NCBI GenBank assembly: GCA_000004985.1
Contig: GG738902.1
Length of the DNA: 64,000 nt
Strand: one strand, 5' to 3'
Origin: Naegleria gruberi
Lineage: Eukaryota
A model generated the notes under the pieces. The model did no database searches. It saw only the letters and a program-made list of their open reading frames with translations, and was not told the DNA's origin. Both the position numbers and the translations under genes were made by a program. Of this stretch, positions 32,513 to 44,200 are shown piece after piece. The first letter of the stretch is position 1. Each line of letters begins with the position of its first letter.

Positions 32513-32847
32513 TTTTAATAAATATATTATTAGTCTATCAATAAAAGCTTTCAATTCAAATTTAGACTTGATCACAAGAAATTCCAAAAATCTTGAATCA
32601 ATATCTTATAAATCTGAAATTGTTCAACAATCCAAAATATCAGTTTGTTCTTATTTTTTCAAATTGATGTTCAGATTGGATAATTTTGTGGGAATCGAAA
32701 ATAAATCTCAGAAGCAATCAATATGTTCTTGAAATGCTAGAGTGTATAATCATCCAATACTTATTTCACATCTTACTGCTCAATTCAAATACGATAGTAG
32801 GAAATAATTCTTCAAAGTATGCCAATAAGGGGTTTCAAACTGGTTTT

Positions 32848-34049
32848 TTAATGTTGAGTTTGTTGGGTTGGGTTTTCAGTCAATTCTGCCAATTCGTTTT
32901 CAAGTTGAATAACCTTGAGTTCGTGTTGGATAAACATGAATTGTTCATCAATGTTAGCAAATTTGTTTCTTTCTCTGCTATCCAAAACTTTGAGTAAATC
33001 CAATTTGATGAGCTTTGGTGTACTGTCACTCTTAGAGAGGTTTTGAATCTGAGTCATAATTCCATCCATGAGTGTTTTAGTATTTGGTGAGTCAATACTG
33101 CAGCCAACTTCTAAAAGGAATTCACAGACAAGTTTGAGATTCAGCTCTGTAGGATTTTGTAATAAAGAAGAAATAATTAAAAATGCAATCTTTCTATCTA
33201 AAACATGATAAGAAATCAACTTGGCAACAAGTTTCAATGTGTTGGATTTCTTCTGGAAAGATTTAAACTCTTCTTCTAATTCCTTTTCCTTATTTTGAAC
33301 AATGAATTCTTCCTTAAATAATTGCTGACACTTGGTAGCAATCTTCTTCTTGATTGAGACGATCACATCTTGGGGAAGTCTAGATACATTCTCTTCGAGT
33401 TGCTCATAGAATAAACTTGCAATAGTTCCAGCAATGCCTCGATACAAAACCTTCTCTATCAAGATGTCAACCCACAAACTTTGCATATTTTCAGAATTCT
33501 TAAAGAATGAAAAGTTCTTTAACAACTTGTGTCTAGTATTTTCATAAATTTCTGGAGTGAGTCTGGTGGAAGCATAAACCTTGTCATAACTGGATAAGAG
33601 TTTGGACAACAAGATTTTGATAAATTCAATAGTTTCCTGTTCTGTTCTGTGTTTCTTTCTCTCGTTTTGTGGCTTATGTTGCTTGATATTTCTTCTTTCG
33701 TACTTTCTATCATTTTGAAATGTTTCCGATTGACCTTGTTGTGCTGGTTGAGATACTGGTTTGGTTTCACTCTTTCCTGATACTGGTCGTTGATTAGTGT
33801 TAGCAGTACTGTTTGTTGGAGTTGCTGTAGTTGTTGTGGTAGTAACATGTTGTACAGGAGGAGCATTAGTGACACTTGTTGTTGAAGATCCTGTTGTTGG
33901 AGTGTTTTCAGTAATGGTTGTTGTGGCAGGTTTTGAAGATGTTGCACTAGGCTTAATTGGTGAAGTTGTAGATGGTGGTGATTGATGATGATCCTTAAGG
34001 TGAGCAACATTTCTCTTGTGGTGATGCTTGTTGCTTGGATGGCTCTTTT
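32848..34049 (-). CDS. Exon 2 of a helical-repeat (MIF4G-like) protein gene, with a Thr/Ser/Pro-rich linker then a helical C-terminal domain
   Basis: The open frame runs continuously from 34049 to the stop at 32848. It differs from the track ORF 33519..34010, which is the Q/L-rich alternate frame. The C-terminal 250 aa show an amphipathic helical-repeat pattern compatible with a MIF4G-type fold; that domain call is weak. Confidence 0.45.
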
Positions 34050-34132
34050 CTGTTAGTTATTTGAATATTAATGATCAATATTATTTAACAATTAATACAA
34101 AATAAATAATTTGATCAATTATTAAAACCTAC

Positions 34133-34400
34133 CCGATGATGCATCTGTTGCTGATACAGCAGTAGTTGTTGTTGCCGATTGTGTTGGTGTTGTATTACTT
34201 GTTGATGGTGTTGTTGTTTTTGTGGCAGTGGTAGTACTACTTTGAGCCGATGATGATGGTTTAGACAGGGATTTCATGTATTGTTCATACTCCCTTTGAA
34301 ATTTATCTTCATCATAATCATCATCAATGACTCCATCATCATCCCAATCACCATCATCGTCTTTAACATCGACCCATTCCTCTTCGAACTTTTTACTCAT
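34133..34400 (-). CDS. Exon 1 (acidic DDDGDWDDDG N-terminus) of the same gene
   Basis: Minus-strand G|GTAGGT donor after 34133 (phase 1) and an AACAG acceptor before 34049 restore the frame with no intervening stops. Confidence 0.45.
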
Positions 34401-34533
34401 TTTTTTGTGTGCTTAACAACGTCAACAGCAGAACGTGAGTTGGGAATTCTAAAATATTGACTCTTGAGTTGTAGGTTTACGATCTTGTCAGCAACATTTA
34501 AAAACTCAATATGACATTTTTTTAATTAGGATA

Positions 34534-34577
34534 TGGCGCCAATTTAAAACTACAATTTTTATCAATTTTGGCGCCAC
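34534..34577. promoter_or_regulatory. Two copies of the palindromic TGGCGCCAA/TGGCGCCAC motif in a bidirectional promoter
   Basis: GGCGCC is at 34535..34540 and 34570..34575 inside a 183-nt AT-rich divergent intergenic region. The identical 9-mer TGGCGCCAA recurs at 36238. Confidence 0.4.
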
Positions 34578-34583
34578 AATACA

Positions 34584-35408
34584 ATGGAAAAAATAATTGA
34601 AATTAAGGGTGCTGTCATCAGCTCACCAATTTTTGATACTCAAGGAGGTTTATGTTTCTCTTCAATAAATACTGGAGATGTTTATTTAGTGCCGCAAGGA
34701 GGAGAATCGGATCAGACAATTCATTTGACAAATACAAAAGGCTCACCAACGGGAGTTGCTTTTAACTATGTTGATGGAAGTATTCTTGTTGCTGATTCAG
34801 CAAATCAGGCAATTTTAAAAGTAAATCCCGAGAATAATAATCAAGTTCAAATAATAAGAGGTGATTTTAGAGGAAAGCCATTTATTGGACCAAATAATGT
34901 AATTGTAGATTCTAAAGGAATGATGTATTTTTCAGATAGTGGACCATTAGGTGAAACATCTATTGAGAATCCAAAGGGATCGGTTTATTGTCTTAGTACG
35001 GATGGAAAGATTTTGAAATCACTTGCTTATGAATGTTTGGCATATCCTAGTGGCCTTGCATTTTCACCTCATTCAGAAGATGTAATTTATGTGGCAGAGA
35101 CAATGAAAAATCGTATCTTGAGATTTACCCATATTAATGGAGCATTCTATTGCTCTGTTTTTCAACAATTGAGTGGAGGATTTGGACCAACTGGAATATG
35201 TGTTGATGATGAAGGAAATATCTATGTAGCAATGTACGAATTCAAACAAGTTTCTACTGAAGGAAGAATTCTTGTACTGAGTGAGGCTGGAGTTTTAAAG
35301 AAGGAAATTATCCTTGAGAATATTAGTGAAATTACTGGAATAACCTACAAGAGAGGATTTTTATACATTACAGAAGGCAACAGTGTTTACAAGTATGAAT
35401 TGGATTAA
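34584..35408 (+). CDS. SMP-30/gluconolactonase/LRE-like six-bladed beta-propeller protein
   Basis: GPNNVIVDSKGMMYFSDSG and repeated G-x-x-f-D/N blade motifs. 274 aa. Confidence 0.6.
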   Translation: MEKIIEIKGAVISSPIFDTQGGLCFSSINTGDVYLVPQGGESDQTIHLTNTKGSPTGVAFNYVDGSILVADSANQAILKVNPENNNQVQIIRGDFRGKPFIGPNNVIVDSKGMMYFSDSGPLGETSIENPKGSVYCLSTDGKILKSLAYECLAYPSGLAFSPHSEDVIYVAETMKNRILRFTHINGAFYCSVFQQLSGGFGPTGICVDDEGNIYVAMYEFKQVSTEGRILVLSEAGVLKKEIILENISEITGITYKRGFLYITEGNSVYKYELD

Positions 35409-35453
35409 ATTTCAAAAAAAAATATTTAATTACATATTATACAAGAATAAAGT

Positions 35454-36011
35454 TTAACACTTATTAACATTGTAACCCAAAGGTTGTTTGAGGACAGTTT
35501 CTCTAAAACCAAAGGCATTGAAATATCCTTCAATATCAAAGGCAGCACATCCTTCACCCTTAATATCAAATCTAATGTTTCTAACTTGAACACAGAAACC
35601 AATATCTAACAAGAAATCCAAACAAATTGGATCAAGATTAACAAGTCCCATATCAAACTCCTTATCAAAGAGAGTTTTACCTCCAGTTTCAACCTTAAGT
35701 TGAACCTTTTGTCTAGTCAAATAAGCGACCATAGTAACAGTTCCAGAAACTTTGATCTTCTTGAGAACCAATTTCTTCTCATATGAAACATCACAAATAA
35801 AAGTCTTGGTAAGCAAATCAGTATTAACAAATCTACAAGTAGCTCCGGCACCTCTAACATTTCCTCTCAATTTACCAATAAGTTGACGGGCCATTTCTTC
35901 TTCAGAAAAAGCAGCAGGGGCAACAGTGAGTGAAGCCTTTTCCTCAGCTCCACAAACAACACCAATCATCAAACAAGCCAACAAGGCAACCAACAACAGA
36001 TAAGCTCTCAT
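35454..36011 (-). CDS. Small secreted Cys-containing protein of unknown function
   Basis: Signal peptide MRAYLLLVALLACLMIGVVCG. 185 aa. Seven Cys in the mature part. Confidence 0.45.
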   Translation of the reverse strand: MRAYLLLVALLACLMIGVVCGAEEKASLTVAPAAFSEEEMARQLIGKLRGNVRGAGATCRFVNTDLLTKTFICDVSYEKKLVLKKIKVSGTVTMVAYLTRQKVQLKVETGGKTLFDKEFDMGLVNLDPICLDFLLDIGFCVQVRNIRFDIKGEGCAAFDIEGYFNAFGFRETVLKQPLGYNVNKC

Positions 36012-36237
36012 TTTTTTAATAAGATTTCGTTAGCACTACTGCGCTCCTTGATAAAATTAAGCTGGCGTTGTTTTTAATTGGTGGGGTGATAATTGCCTGA
36101 TAACAAGCAAAGATTTGCTCCACCTGTTTGTAAGACCGTACTGTGTAGTAAAGTTTTTTAGTTGTTTTATCAAAGTTAAAGTACTTTCAAATGGTTTAGT
36201 TGACTATTTGTGCTTGCAAAACCATTCTAATGGATAG

Positions 36238-36246
36238 TGGCGCCAA
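36238..36246. promoter_or_regulatory. TGGCGCCAA motif in a second bidirectional promoter
   Basis: It matches the 34534 copy exactly and lies between divergent genes (35454..36011 minus; 36299..38020 plus). Confidence 0.4.
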
Positions 36247-36298
36247 AATCCAGTTCTAGCAAACATTCGAACGTTAAAAAAAATATTTGAACAAAAAA

Positions 36299-38020
36299 AT
36301 GAAGAAACGAAAACAATCAACCTTGTTCTCGGCAAATCAATCGACAACACCCAATAAGAAGAAGAATAAATCCATTACTTCTCAATCCCCTGCCTTTGAT
36401 AATGTTGTGGTTGATCTGATTGATAGTAGCGATGATGATGAAGAAGAAATTGTTTCACCTTCTCCTCCGATGAGAACAAATCAAATCATTGAAATTATGG
36501 ATGAGAATGATGAGAGATGTAAATTTACAATTCATATTGAAAATAAGACCATTCAGAGTATTAAATTGGATACCAGCAAGGCAAAGATTGTAAAACAGAA
36601 AACCATTACAAACTATTTTAAAAAATCAGTCAAGTTGGAAAAGTCAACTTTTAATTCATATCTTGTGGAGGCTCCTTCTAAGGATTGGTTTGAAAAGAGG
36701 AGGAATGTTTTGGAAATAAGGGATGTGGAATCTAATTTTAAGAGTACTGATGGTGGTCCACTAGTACCAGTTTTTCAAGTCATTGGAAATAACAGCTCAA
36801 CTGTGAATATTAGATCGAGTGATAGAAAGTTGACATTTAAATTGGATACTCTGATTGAATGTGGTGATAATTCAATTTATCATCATGTAACTGTGCCAAT
36901 CCAAAATAAGAAGACACACTCTGTTTGTGTTTCGAATAATTTATCCAATAATAGTGAGAAGAAGATAATACCAAAATTATCCCTTTCTTTCCTTAAATCA
37001 CTGCTCCAGAAGAATACTCGTTTGGGGAGAGCAGAATCGTGCGTCAGAATAGCATCCCTCATGATTTACAAATATTCATTCTTGGAATTTCTGAGAAGGA
37101 TACAGATTATCATTGTGGAAGATTGTCTAATGCATCCGTGTGCTCATTTGATTACTTGGTTAATGATTAATTATGGAAGTAAGGAAGCAACTACACCACA
37201 ATTGGATAATAACTTTTCCACAGCAATTATACCAAAGATATTTATTGATGCATGTTTACAAATTGTTTATGATATTGCCAAGGTAAATTATAGAGAGGAT
37301 TTGTCAAATTGTGAAATGTTTATTTCACAAGATGAAATGAATGCCTTGTTTGGAAGCAAATCTGCTCAATTTTCAGAATTTGAAGAAGATTTGTGTAGAT
37401 CCCTATTTATTAGATCATGTTTTGGAGGAATGAAGGGTGATATTGTACTTTTACATAGTCAATGCAGTCTATGGCTTTACAGGTTTTCAAATAGAGTTTC
37501 TCAGCCACCAAATGAGAATTCAAAAGAATACAACATACCTGAAATATTCCAAAGCATGCTTAATCCTGCAATTGAATATGGTTCACCATGGTTCAAGTAT
37601 TTATGTTCGTTGTACTATTCAGAGAAGAGAGATTTGAACTTTCTTGTATCCTTCCTAAAATCAAAACCTAGTGTGGATTTGTTATGTGAGGATATTGTAC
37701 TTTCAGCCGTTGATTTTCATTGCTTTCCAGTTCTATTAGGGAAGTGTTTGGAAAAATTTAGAGAGCTATCCCCAAATTCTGATATACAAGACCAACTATT
37801 AATGGATGCCCTTAAAAAGATTATTTGGCATAAGGCATCAAAGCTCAACATTCGAACATTTATTGCAACCCTTCCAAAGGAAGAACCGTTCGAAGATACT
37901 GATTGGTATTCAATGGAATGGGATAAATCTCTTGATCCATTTGAGGAGGAAATTTTCCAAGTGATAGAACCTCATTTAAGGGAGATAGAGGCTGATACAT
38001 TCAGACAGCAATGTTTATAA
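36299..38020 (+). CDS. Lys-rich nuclear-type protein with an N-terminal canonical PIP box (PCNA-interacting motif)
   Basis: QKTITNYFKKSVK fits Q-x-x-I-x-x-Y-F with flanking lysines. The N-terminus is Lys-rich (KKRK) with an acidic DSSDDDEEE patch. The C-terminal 350 aa are uncharacterised. The track start at 36287 is TTG; ATG at 36299. Confidence 0.5.
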   Translation: MKKRKQSTLFSANQSTTPNKKKNKSITSQSPAFDNVVVDLIDSSDDDEEEIVSPSPPMRTNQIIEIMDENDERCKFTIHIENKTIQSIKLDTSKAKIVKQKTITNYFKKSVKLEKSTFNSYLVEAPSKDWFEKRRNVLEIRDVESNFKSTDGGPLVPVFQVIGNNSSTVNIRSSDRKLTFKLDTLIECGDNSIYHHVTVPIQNKKTHSVCVSNNLSNNSEKKIIPKLSLSFLKSLLQKNTRLGRAESCVRIASLMIYKYSFLEFLRRIQIIIVEDCLMHPCAHLITWLMINYGSKEATTPQLDNNFSTAIIPKIFIDACLQIVYDIAKVNYREDLSNCEMFISQDEMNALFGSKSAQFSEFEEDLCRSLFIRSCFGGMKGDIVLLHSQCSLWLYRFSNRVSQPPNENSKEYNIPEIFQSMLNPAIEYGSPWFKYLCSLYYSEKRDLNFLVSFLKSKPSVDLLCEDIVLSAVDFHCFPVLLGKCLEKFRELSPNSDIQDQLLMDALKKIIWHKASKLNIRTFIATLPKEEPFEDTDWYSMEWDKSLDPFEEEIFQVIEPHLREIEADTFRQQCL

Positions 38021-38066
38021 ATTTATTATAAACTGATAACTCACACAAAATATATATTCAGTAATT

Positions 38067-38715
38067 TTACATGTTGATCTTTTGTCTGATTGGAATGACA
38101 TGGTTAGCAATAGTGAGACCAATAAAAATGGCCACACCAACCAAGAACACATCCAAGAAGAAATTCATTCCAGCCTGAGTATTATTGGTATAAATCAAAG
38201 AGGCCATACCTCTATATGACATACTACCTGGACTAAGCATTAACACAGCAACCCCAGCAACTAAAACAGGGGGACAGTGAGTAAAAATAGTAAAAATATT
38301 TGCCATTAAACCAACTGCAACAGCTGCAAGTACTGTAGAAATTTCAATTTTAAGGAATGAAAGAGAAAAATTCAACAGGTGAGCAGTTAAACTAGTTCCT
38401 AAAACAGCAACAATAACCTTTGGATCAGAAGGAACTTTTCTTGAAATCATTGTTGCTAAACTCAATGACAATACAACAATAATTCTCAACCAAATAGGAA
38501 TTGCTAATCTTTCTATATCCTTATCCTCACTTTCTGATAGTAGTGGAATTTGATTAACAATACCTGCTGTAAATATGAGGCCAAATCCTAATTTCAAAAT
38601 AATACTGAAAGCATTGGTAAGTCTTATTACTCCTGCTAGAGAGGCACCTATCGAAATTTCAGATAAGGCCACTGTAATGATTGACCCGGGTAAGAACTGA
38701 TACGATGTGCACAAA
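38067..38715 (-). CDS. ThrE-family (putative threonine/serine exporter, DUF3815 part) membrane protein, exon 3
   Basis: Multiple TM helices. The frame is joined to exon 2 across a 44-nt intron (38716..38759) with a minus-strand GTAAGT donor and TAG acceptor. Confidence 0.6.
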
Positions 38716-38759
38716 CTAGTTAAATTGTAAGAATATTAATCGATAATGCTAAAACTTAC

Positions 38760-39333
38760 GTAATCAATGAAACTGAAATATAATACTTGTCGAACAAGAC
38801 CCATTTCATGAAAATACCAACCAATCCACCAATCAAACTAGCAACAGCTGGAATAATCGTCGAGAATATTGGCATTCTCGAGAAGAAAAAGTTAACAACA
38901 CCAATAATTAATCCAATGAGAAGACAAGTAAACACCTCAGGTAAAGTTCCCTTCCATAATAATACAAACAATCCAGGTGTTAAAAAGTGGAAGAATAAAT
39001 TAATCATTGGATGGGAATAAATAACTGGTTCTTGAATGATCTTATTGATCTCAGCTTGAGCTTCATCAATTGTGAAATGTCCATGAGAAATATCACTGGC
39101 AACTTTATCAAGCTTTGCCAATTTATCCATATTTACAGTTTGTCCTTCTAATTTGATAAAATAAGTAAACATATTGTCATTCGATTCTTTTGGTCTATGT
39201 CCTAATCCAATCCAAATTCCATTAGTATTTACAGAAAAGTATGCATCTATACCGTAATACGACGAAATTAAAGTAAGGTGGTATTCCACTTTGTAAGAAC
39301 TCAATCCATATATTGAGAGAGCGTACGCCAGAT
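38760..39333 (-). CDS. ThrE-family protein (DUF1212 part), exon 2
   Basis: DUF1212-like sequence (...LEGQTVNMDKLAKLDKVASDISHGHFTIDEAQAEINKI) followed by TM helices. A GTATGT...CAAG intron (39334..39373) joins it to exon 1 in phase 1. Confidence 0.6.
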
Positions 39334-39373
39334 CTTGAAACTTGTCAAAAAATTATCCAAACAGAAAACATAC

Positions 39374-40850
39374 CAATAAGCAATGAGTGTACCTTCTTTC
39401 TATCGTCTGTCGATAAATCCTTATATAAAACTCTTGATTGATTCTTTTCTGATTGTCCTGTGAAAAAGTATTTGAATGAGCCAATAACTTTTTGTAATTT
39501 AGTCTTTGGTTTAGACACAGGCTCCTCCTCTATGGAGGGAATCCTCAGCATTGCTGTATCATTACCATCCTCTCCACTGCAACTAGATTCAGTTTCCACA
39601 GATACATCAGCTCCATCTATCAATTCCTCCTCATCACCTCCTGATTGCATTTGCTTTTCCTTTGCCTTGAGTAATTTTCTCTGATACCTAAGAGTGTTTC
39701 TGAGCTTTTTGAAATTGTAGGCACGCAAAGTTCTGGTTTGAGACGGAAGTAATACTCTTGGTGTTTCCAGAACAGATGCCAGCTTTTTTGTAGCTCTCTT
39801 AATGAAAGATGGTTTTTCTTCCAAGTTTTTCGATGAGAATATCATTGGCATTCGTTCTTTCAATGAGACACCTGTTTTCTTTTCAATTTGTCTTGCAAGA
39901 TTGTGAGCTGAATTGAACAGAGCACCTATTGCAGAATTTCCTCCATTTGTGAGTTCTTTTTCAGCCAACTTGCGCATATATTCATCCTCCAAAATACTTG
40001 GCTGCATAGTTGGATCCAAAACAAGAGATGAAATAGATTCCATTGAATCTGATGGCCTTAATAAATAACCAGGAATGGTTGGCAAAACAATTCCATCAAT
40101 AGATACTTCCTCCTTTCCAGAAAGTTGCAAAGTTGGTGGGATATGTAACAATCCTTCATCATCCACAGTTGCATCCACAGAAATTGTTTCATCATATGGT
40201 TGCAATTCATCCAATTCTACTTGTATAGGGGTTGAAGGTTTACTCTGATTTCGTTTAAGAATGATTGATCCATGTTGTTCACCAGTTTTCGATCCTCCAA
40301 AACTGAATTTAGCAGCCGATGATGTCACTGCTTCCTTTTGTAAATTATTGTAATTAGAATTTGGAATATCAACATTTAAATTTGGCTTGCTCCTAAATGA
40401 TGCAGGTGTAGTAGCCATAGTAAAATGTGATTGATTATTTGCATGATGATTTAAATTATGAATGGTTGGAGAACTACTCTCGGAAGAATCCTTTGAAAGA
40501 GCAACACCTTTAATATTCGATCGGGTTGATGTATTAATTGTTGTTTCATCATAGTGAGTTGCTGATGATTCTTCCACTGGTGTAGAGTATGGATTAACAA
40601 CCTCTTCATAAGTAGATGATGATGATTGTAGAGGATTCGTAAATACCAACAAATTAGCTTCGGAAGTTGCTGAAGACTGAGGATTTTGATGAGTCGTATT
40701 ATTTGCATGATTAGCATGCTGATGATGATTTGCTTCAAAAACCTGATGTAGCAGAGATGATCCTCCTTTGTTCTTGCTATTCATAGTAGCACTGCCCGTT
40801 GTTGGTGTTTTTGTGGGTTGAGCAGAAATAGAGTTTGAGTTTGCGCTCAT
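39374..40850 (-). CDS. ThrE-family protein, exon 1 (long Ser/Thr/Asn/His-rich cytosolic N-terminal region)
   Basis: ATG at 40850. Low-complexity but continuous ORF. It ends at a minus-strand G|GTATGT donor. Confidence 0.5.
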
Positions 40851-41217
40851 TTTTTTTGCTTTGATATTTTAAAAAAATAGACGTTGGACGATGAAAACTT
40901 TCCAACTATGTATTAATGTACAAAGGTGATGAAATTTGTTGATATTATCATCTTCTACCTCAAGTCAATCGCCTCCCCAATTAACAATGAGCAACAGGTA
41001 TTGTTTTTACTGTGATAACAACCACACTAATATGGATAACGTGCCGTTTTTGCATCATGGCTCTTGTTTTGGGTGACGAAATTTTTTAAAACAAAAAAAT
41101 TAACAAATTTTCAATCTTCCACAAAATTTCATCATCACGAGGTGAGAAAAGGAAGCAACAACAACAAGGCTTCTTATTAAATTTATCAGACCAACAACAA
41201 TAACATCATCTGACAGA

Positions 41218-44200
41218 ATGGCCTCATCACCCGAGATTGTGGAGGTTGTTGATTCATCATCTACAATAGATAATTCTGAACAGAAGAGTTCTCTGATACC
41301 ATCTACTGACCATAACTCTTGGCTAACACCAGTTTCTATAAATCAACTTCTTCATAAAGCACAACAAGAAAAGGAAGAAGAAGAAAATAAGGAGGAAAAT
41401 ACAGATCCAAAGAAGAAAAAGAAGAAGATTCGTTGGTATCACACTAAATGTTTTATCTATTTTGCTGCTATTATACTTGCCGCTATTTCAATTTTGACCA
41501 TTATAATTTCATATGTCTTGTTTGTTAGACATAATCACTTGCTTTTTGTTTGTAATTCTGCAGAGTTTATTGTTGTTTCCTTCTTTGAAGTTATTATTTT
41601 GATTTGTGCTGCCATTGTTGCTTTTAAACTTAATGAATGGTACAAACAGCATCACTCAGAAGTTGCTGAATCAGATGAGGATTTAAAGTTGAAATATTCG
41701 GATAACTTGGCCAGAGACAAGTTGATTATGAAATTCCAAAACACAAGTGTAGTCATTTCACTCTGTTTACTTACAATTTTCACATTAATTTATTTAGCCC
41801 TTTTCGTCATCCTTCTTTACGGAATTTCTAAAACAACACCTTCGCTTTCAGGAGTAGAATATTATACACCAATTCAACATGAAACTGTGATAGAAAAGGA
41901 AAAGACAAGTGGTGTTTTTCACATTCACGCCAAGACTGACTATGAGTTATTCTTTGCACAAGGTGTAGTCACAGCAAAGGAGAGACTATTCCAAATGGAA
42001 ATTATGAGAAGAATGGGTCGTGGTACATTGTCTGCTCTGATTGGTGAAGATGCTCTTGAATTGGATAAGTGGAGCAGAACTCTAGGCCTTTTGAGAAATT
42101 CCAAAAATCATCTTCAAGATTTGGATTATCGTGCTAATTTAACTCTTACTGCTTTCTTTGATGGTGTAAATTCCTATTTGAAAACTAATCCTAAAATGCC
42201 ACCAGAATATTGGTTAATATTTAACAAGAAGACAATTCACAAGTTTGAGGTTGTTGATGCTCTCGTATTTTGGAAATTAGCTGCTTTGGATATTTCTACA
42301 AACATTTTTATGGAAAAAGTAAGATTTAATTCTTTAAGAAAGAACAATACTCTTGCTCATACTATGGAATTTTATCCAACCTATCCAAGAAGTTGGCCTG
42401 AACAATTCAAAAAGACTGATTTGAACATTCAAGCTACTCAAGAGGAGATTGATGCTCTTGAAGAAAGATTTACCAACAACTTTGGAGCCTTTATGCCAAA
42501 GAATGAACAAAGTGACAATGATAATAACAATGATGGAGATGGTGATATTGTTCCTGAAGACCCAGAAGATCCAATCGTACAAGAAGGATTCACTAGAAAA
42601 TTGAGAAAGATTAAGAAAAATCATCCGGCCGTCTATAATTCAATTGAATCATTCTTCAATAAGAAATCACACGAATCATACTTTGCTTCCAATGCTTGGG
42701 CAGTCCATGGATCAAAAACAAAGAATGGAAAACCAATATTGGCCAACGATCCACACATGAAATTAACTGCTCCACTTCCGTTCATTATGTTCCACTTGGT
42801 TTCAGAAGAAAGTGGTTTAGATACCATTGGTGCTACCTATCCACTCATTCCTGGTATTGTTATCGGAAGAAACAAGAATAGTTCATGGGCTATTACTTCA
42901 TCAGGATCTGACGTTCAGGATTTATTTGTATTGGATCAAATTAGTGACTCAACCTATGTTGTCAATGGAACAGAACATGACTATGTAACACATCAAGAGG
43001 AAATTCACTTTGATAATACTCAAAGTGTTACCATTCACGTTAAGGATAGCATTTATGGACCTGTTGTTAATACTCTTTTGGGATGGGAAGATATTCAAGA
43101 AGTTGTTGCTTTGAGCTGGACTGGTATTAAGGATAATGATACCAGTTTGAATGCTGTTATTGGAATCATGTACCAAAATAATTGGCCTCAATTCCATGAA
43201 AATATGAGACATTTGGTTTCTCCTCCTATGAATTATATTTATACTGATGCTGAAAATATTTGCTCACTCGTTGCTGGAATGGTTCCAATCAGAAAGTATG
43301 GACATACTGGATTGTTCCCAGTTTCTGGAAATGGTACCTTTGATTATGAAGGTTATGTTCCATATGAAAAGATGCCATATGTATGCAACCCAGAGAGAAA
43401 GTTTGTTGTTGCTGCCAATGCAAGAATTGAACCACCAGGATATCCATATTATCTTGGTGCTGATGTAGGTACAAAGTACAGACTGGAAAGAATCGAGGAT
43501 TTATTAAGTTCAAACAAGACCTTCAATATTACAAATATGGTCGACATTCAATTAGATACCTATTCTAAACTCTTCTTTGATTTGAAGCCATTTATCTCCA
43601 AGTTGAAAAATACTAGTTTAACATTCCAAGAAGAAGTTATCAGAAAAGATTTGGAAAAGTGGGACGGCTATCTTATTCTTGGATCTAAACAAGCAAGTCT
43701 TTTCGAAATGTTCCACACCAAACTTTGGAATATGTCTTATGCTGATTTGGGTGTTGAAAATTCAAATATTATTTACATTAAGAATGCTCTCAACAAAACA
43801 GGACGATGCTCTCCAAATCTTCCAAAGACTTGTATGTCATATGCAGTATCTGCATTCAAACAGTCTATTGCTGATTTGAAGGTACTCTCCAAGAGTACAG
43901 AGATTCCTTCTTGGGGTGTTGGTATTCACTCAACTACATATTTCCATCCAGTTTTCCACTCATATGCATTCTCTTGTGCATGCGACAAACGTCACTATGT
44001 TCCTGGTGGAACAGACACAATCAACTTTTCTCGTGTTACTGAGACCAATTTAGATTCTTCACATGGTGTTGCTTTCAGACAAATAACTTCTATGAGTGAT
44101 GCTGATGGTGATTTATTTATTACTCCTCTTGGGCAAAGTGCTAACTGGTTAGACTATGACTATCACTCTAATTTGCAAATATTTGCTGAGGGAAGATATC

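Noticed and set aside
33519-34010. Track ORF encoding a Gln/Leu-rich peptide.
   Set aside because: It is the wrong frame. The frame that continues without stops into the downstream helical domain and connects to the upstream acidic exon via GT-AG is the Thr/Ser/Pro-rich one.
2916-36298. Gene start coordinates as given by the ORF track (e.g. 2916, 10437, 30991, 33612, 36287, 44292, 58778, 62481).
   Set aside because: These starts are TTG or GTG codons that the track translates as M. I moved each start to the first in-frame ATG with A-rich upstream context, or to a splice acceptor where the frame clearly continued upstream.
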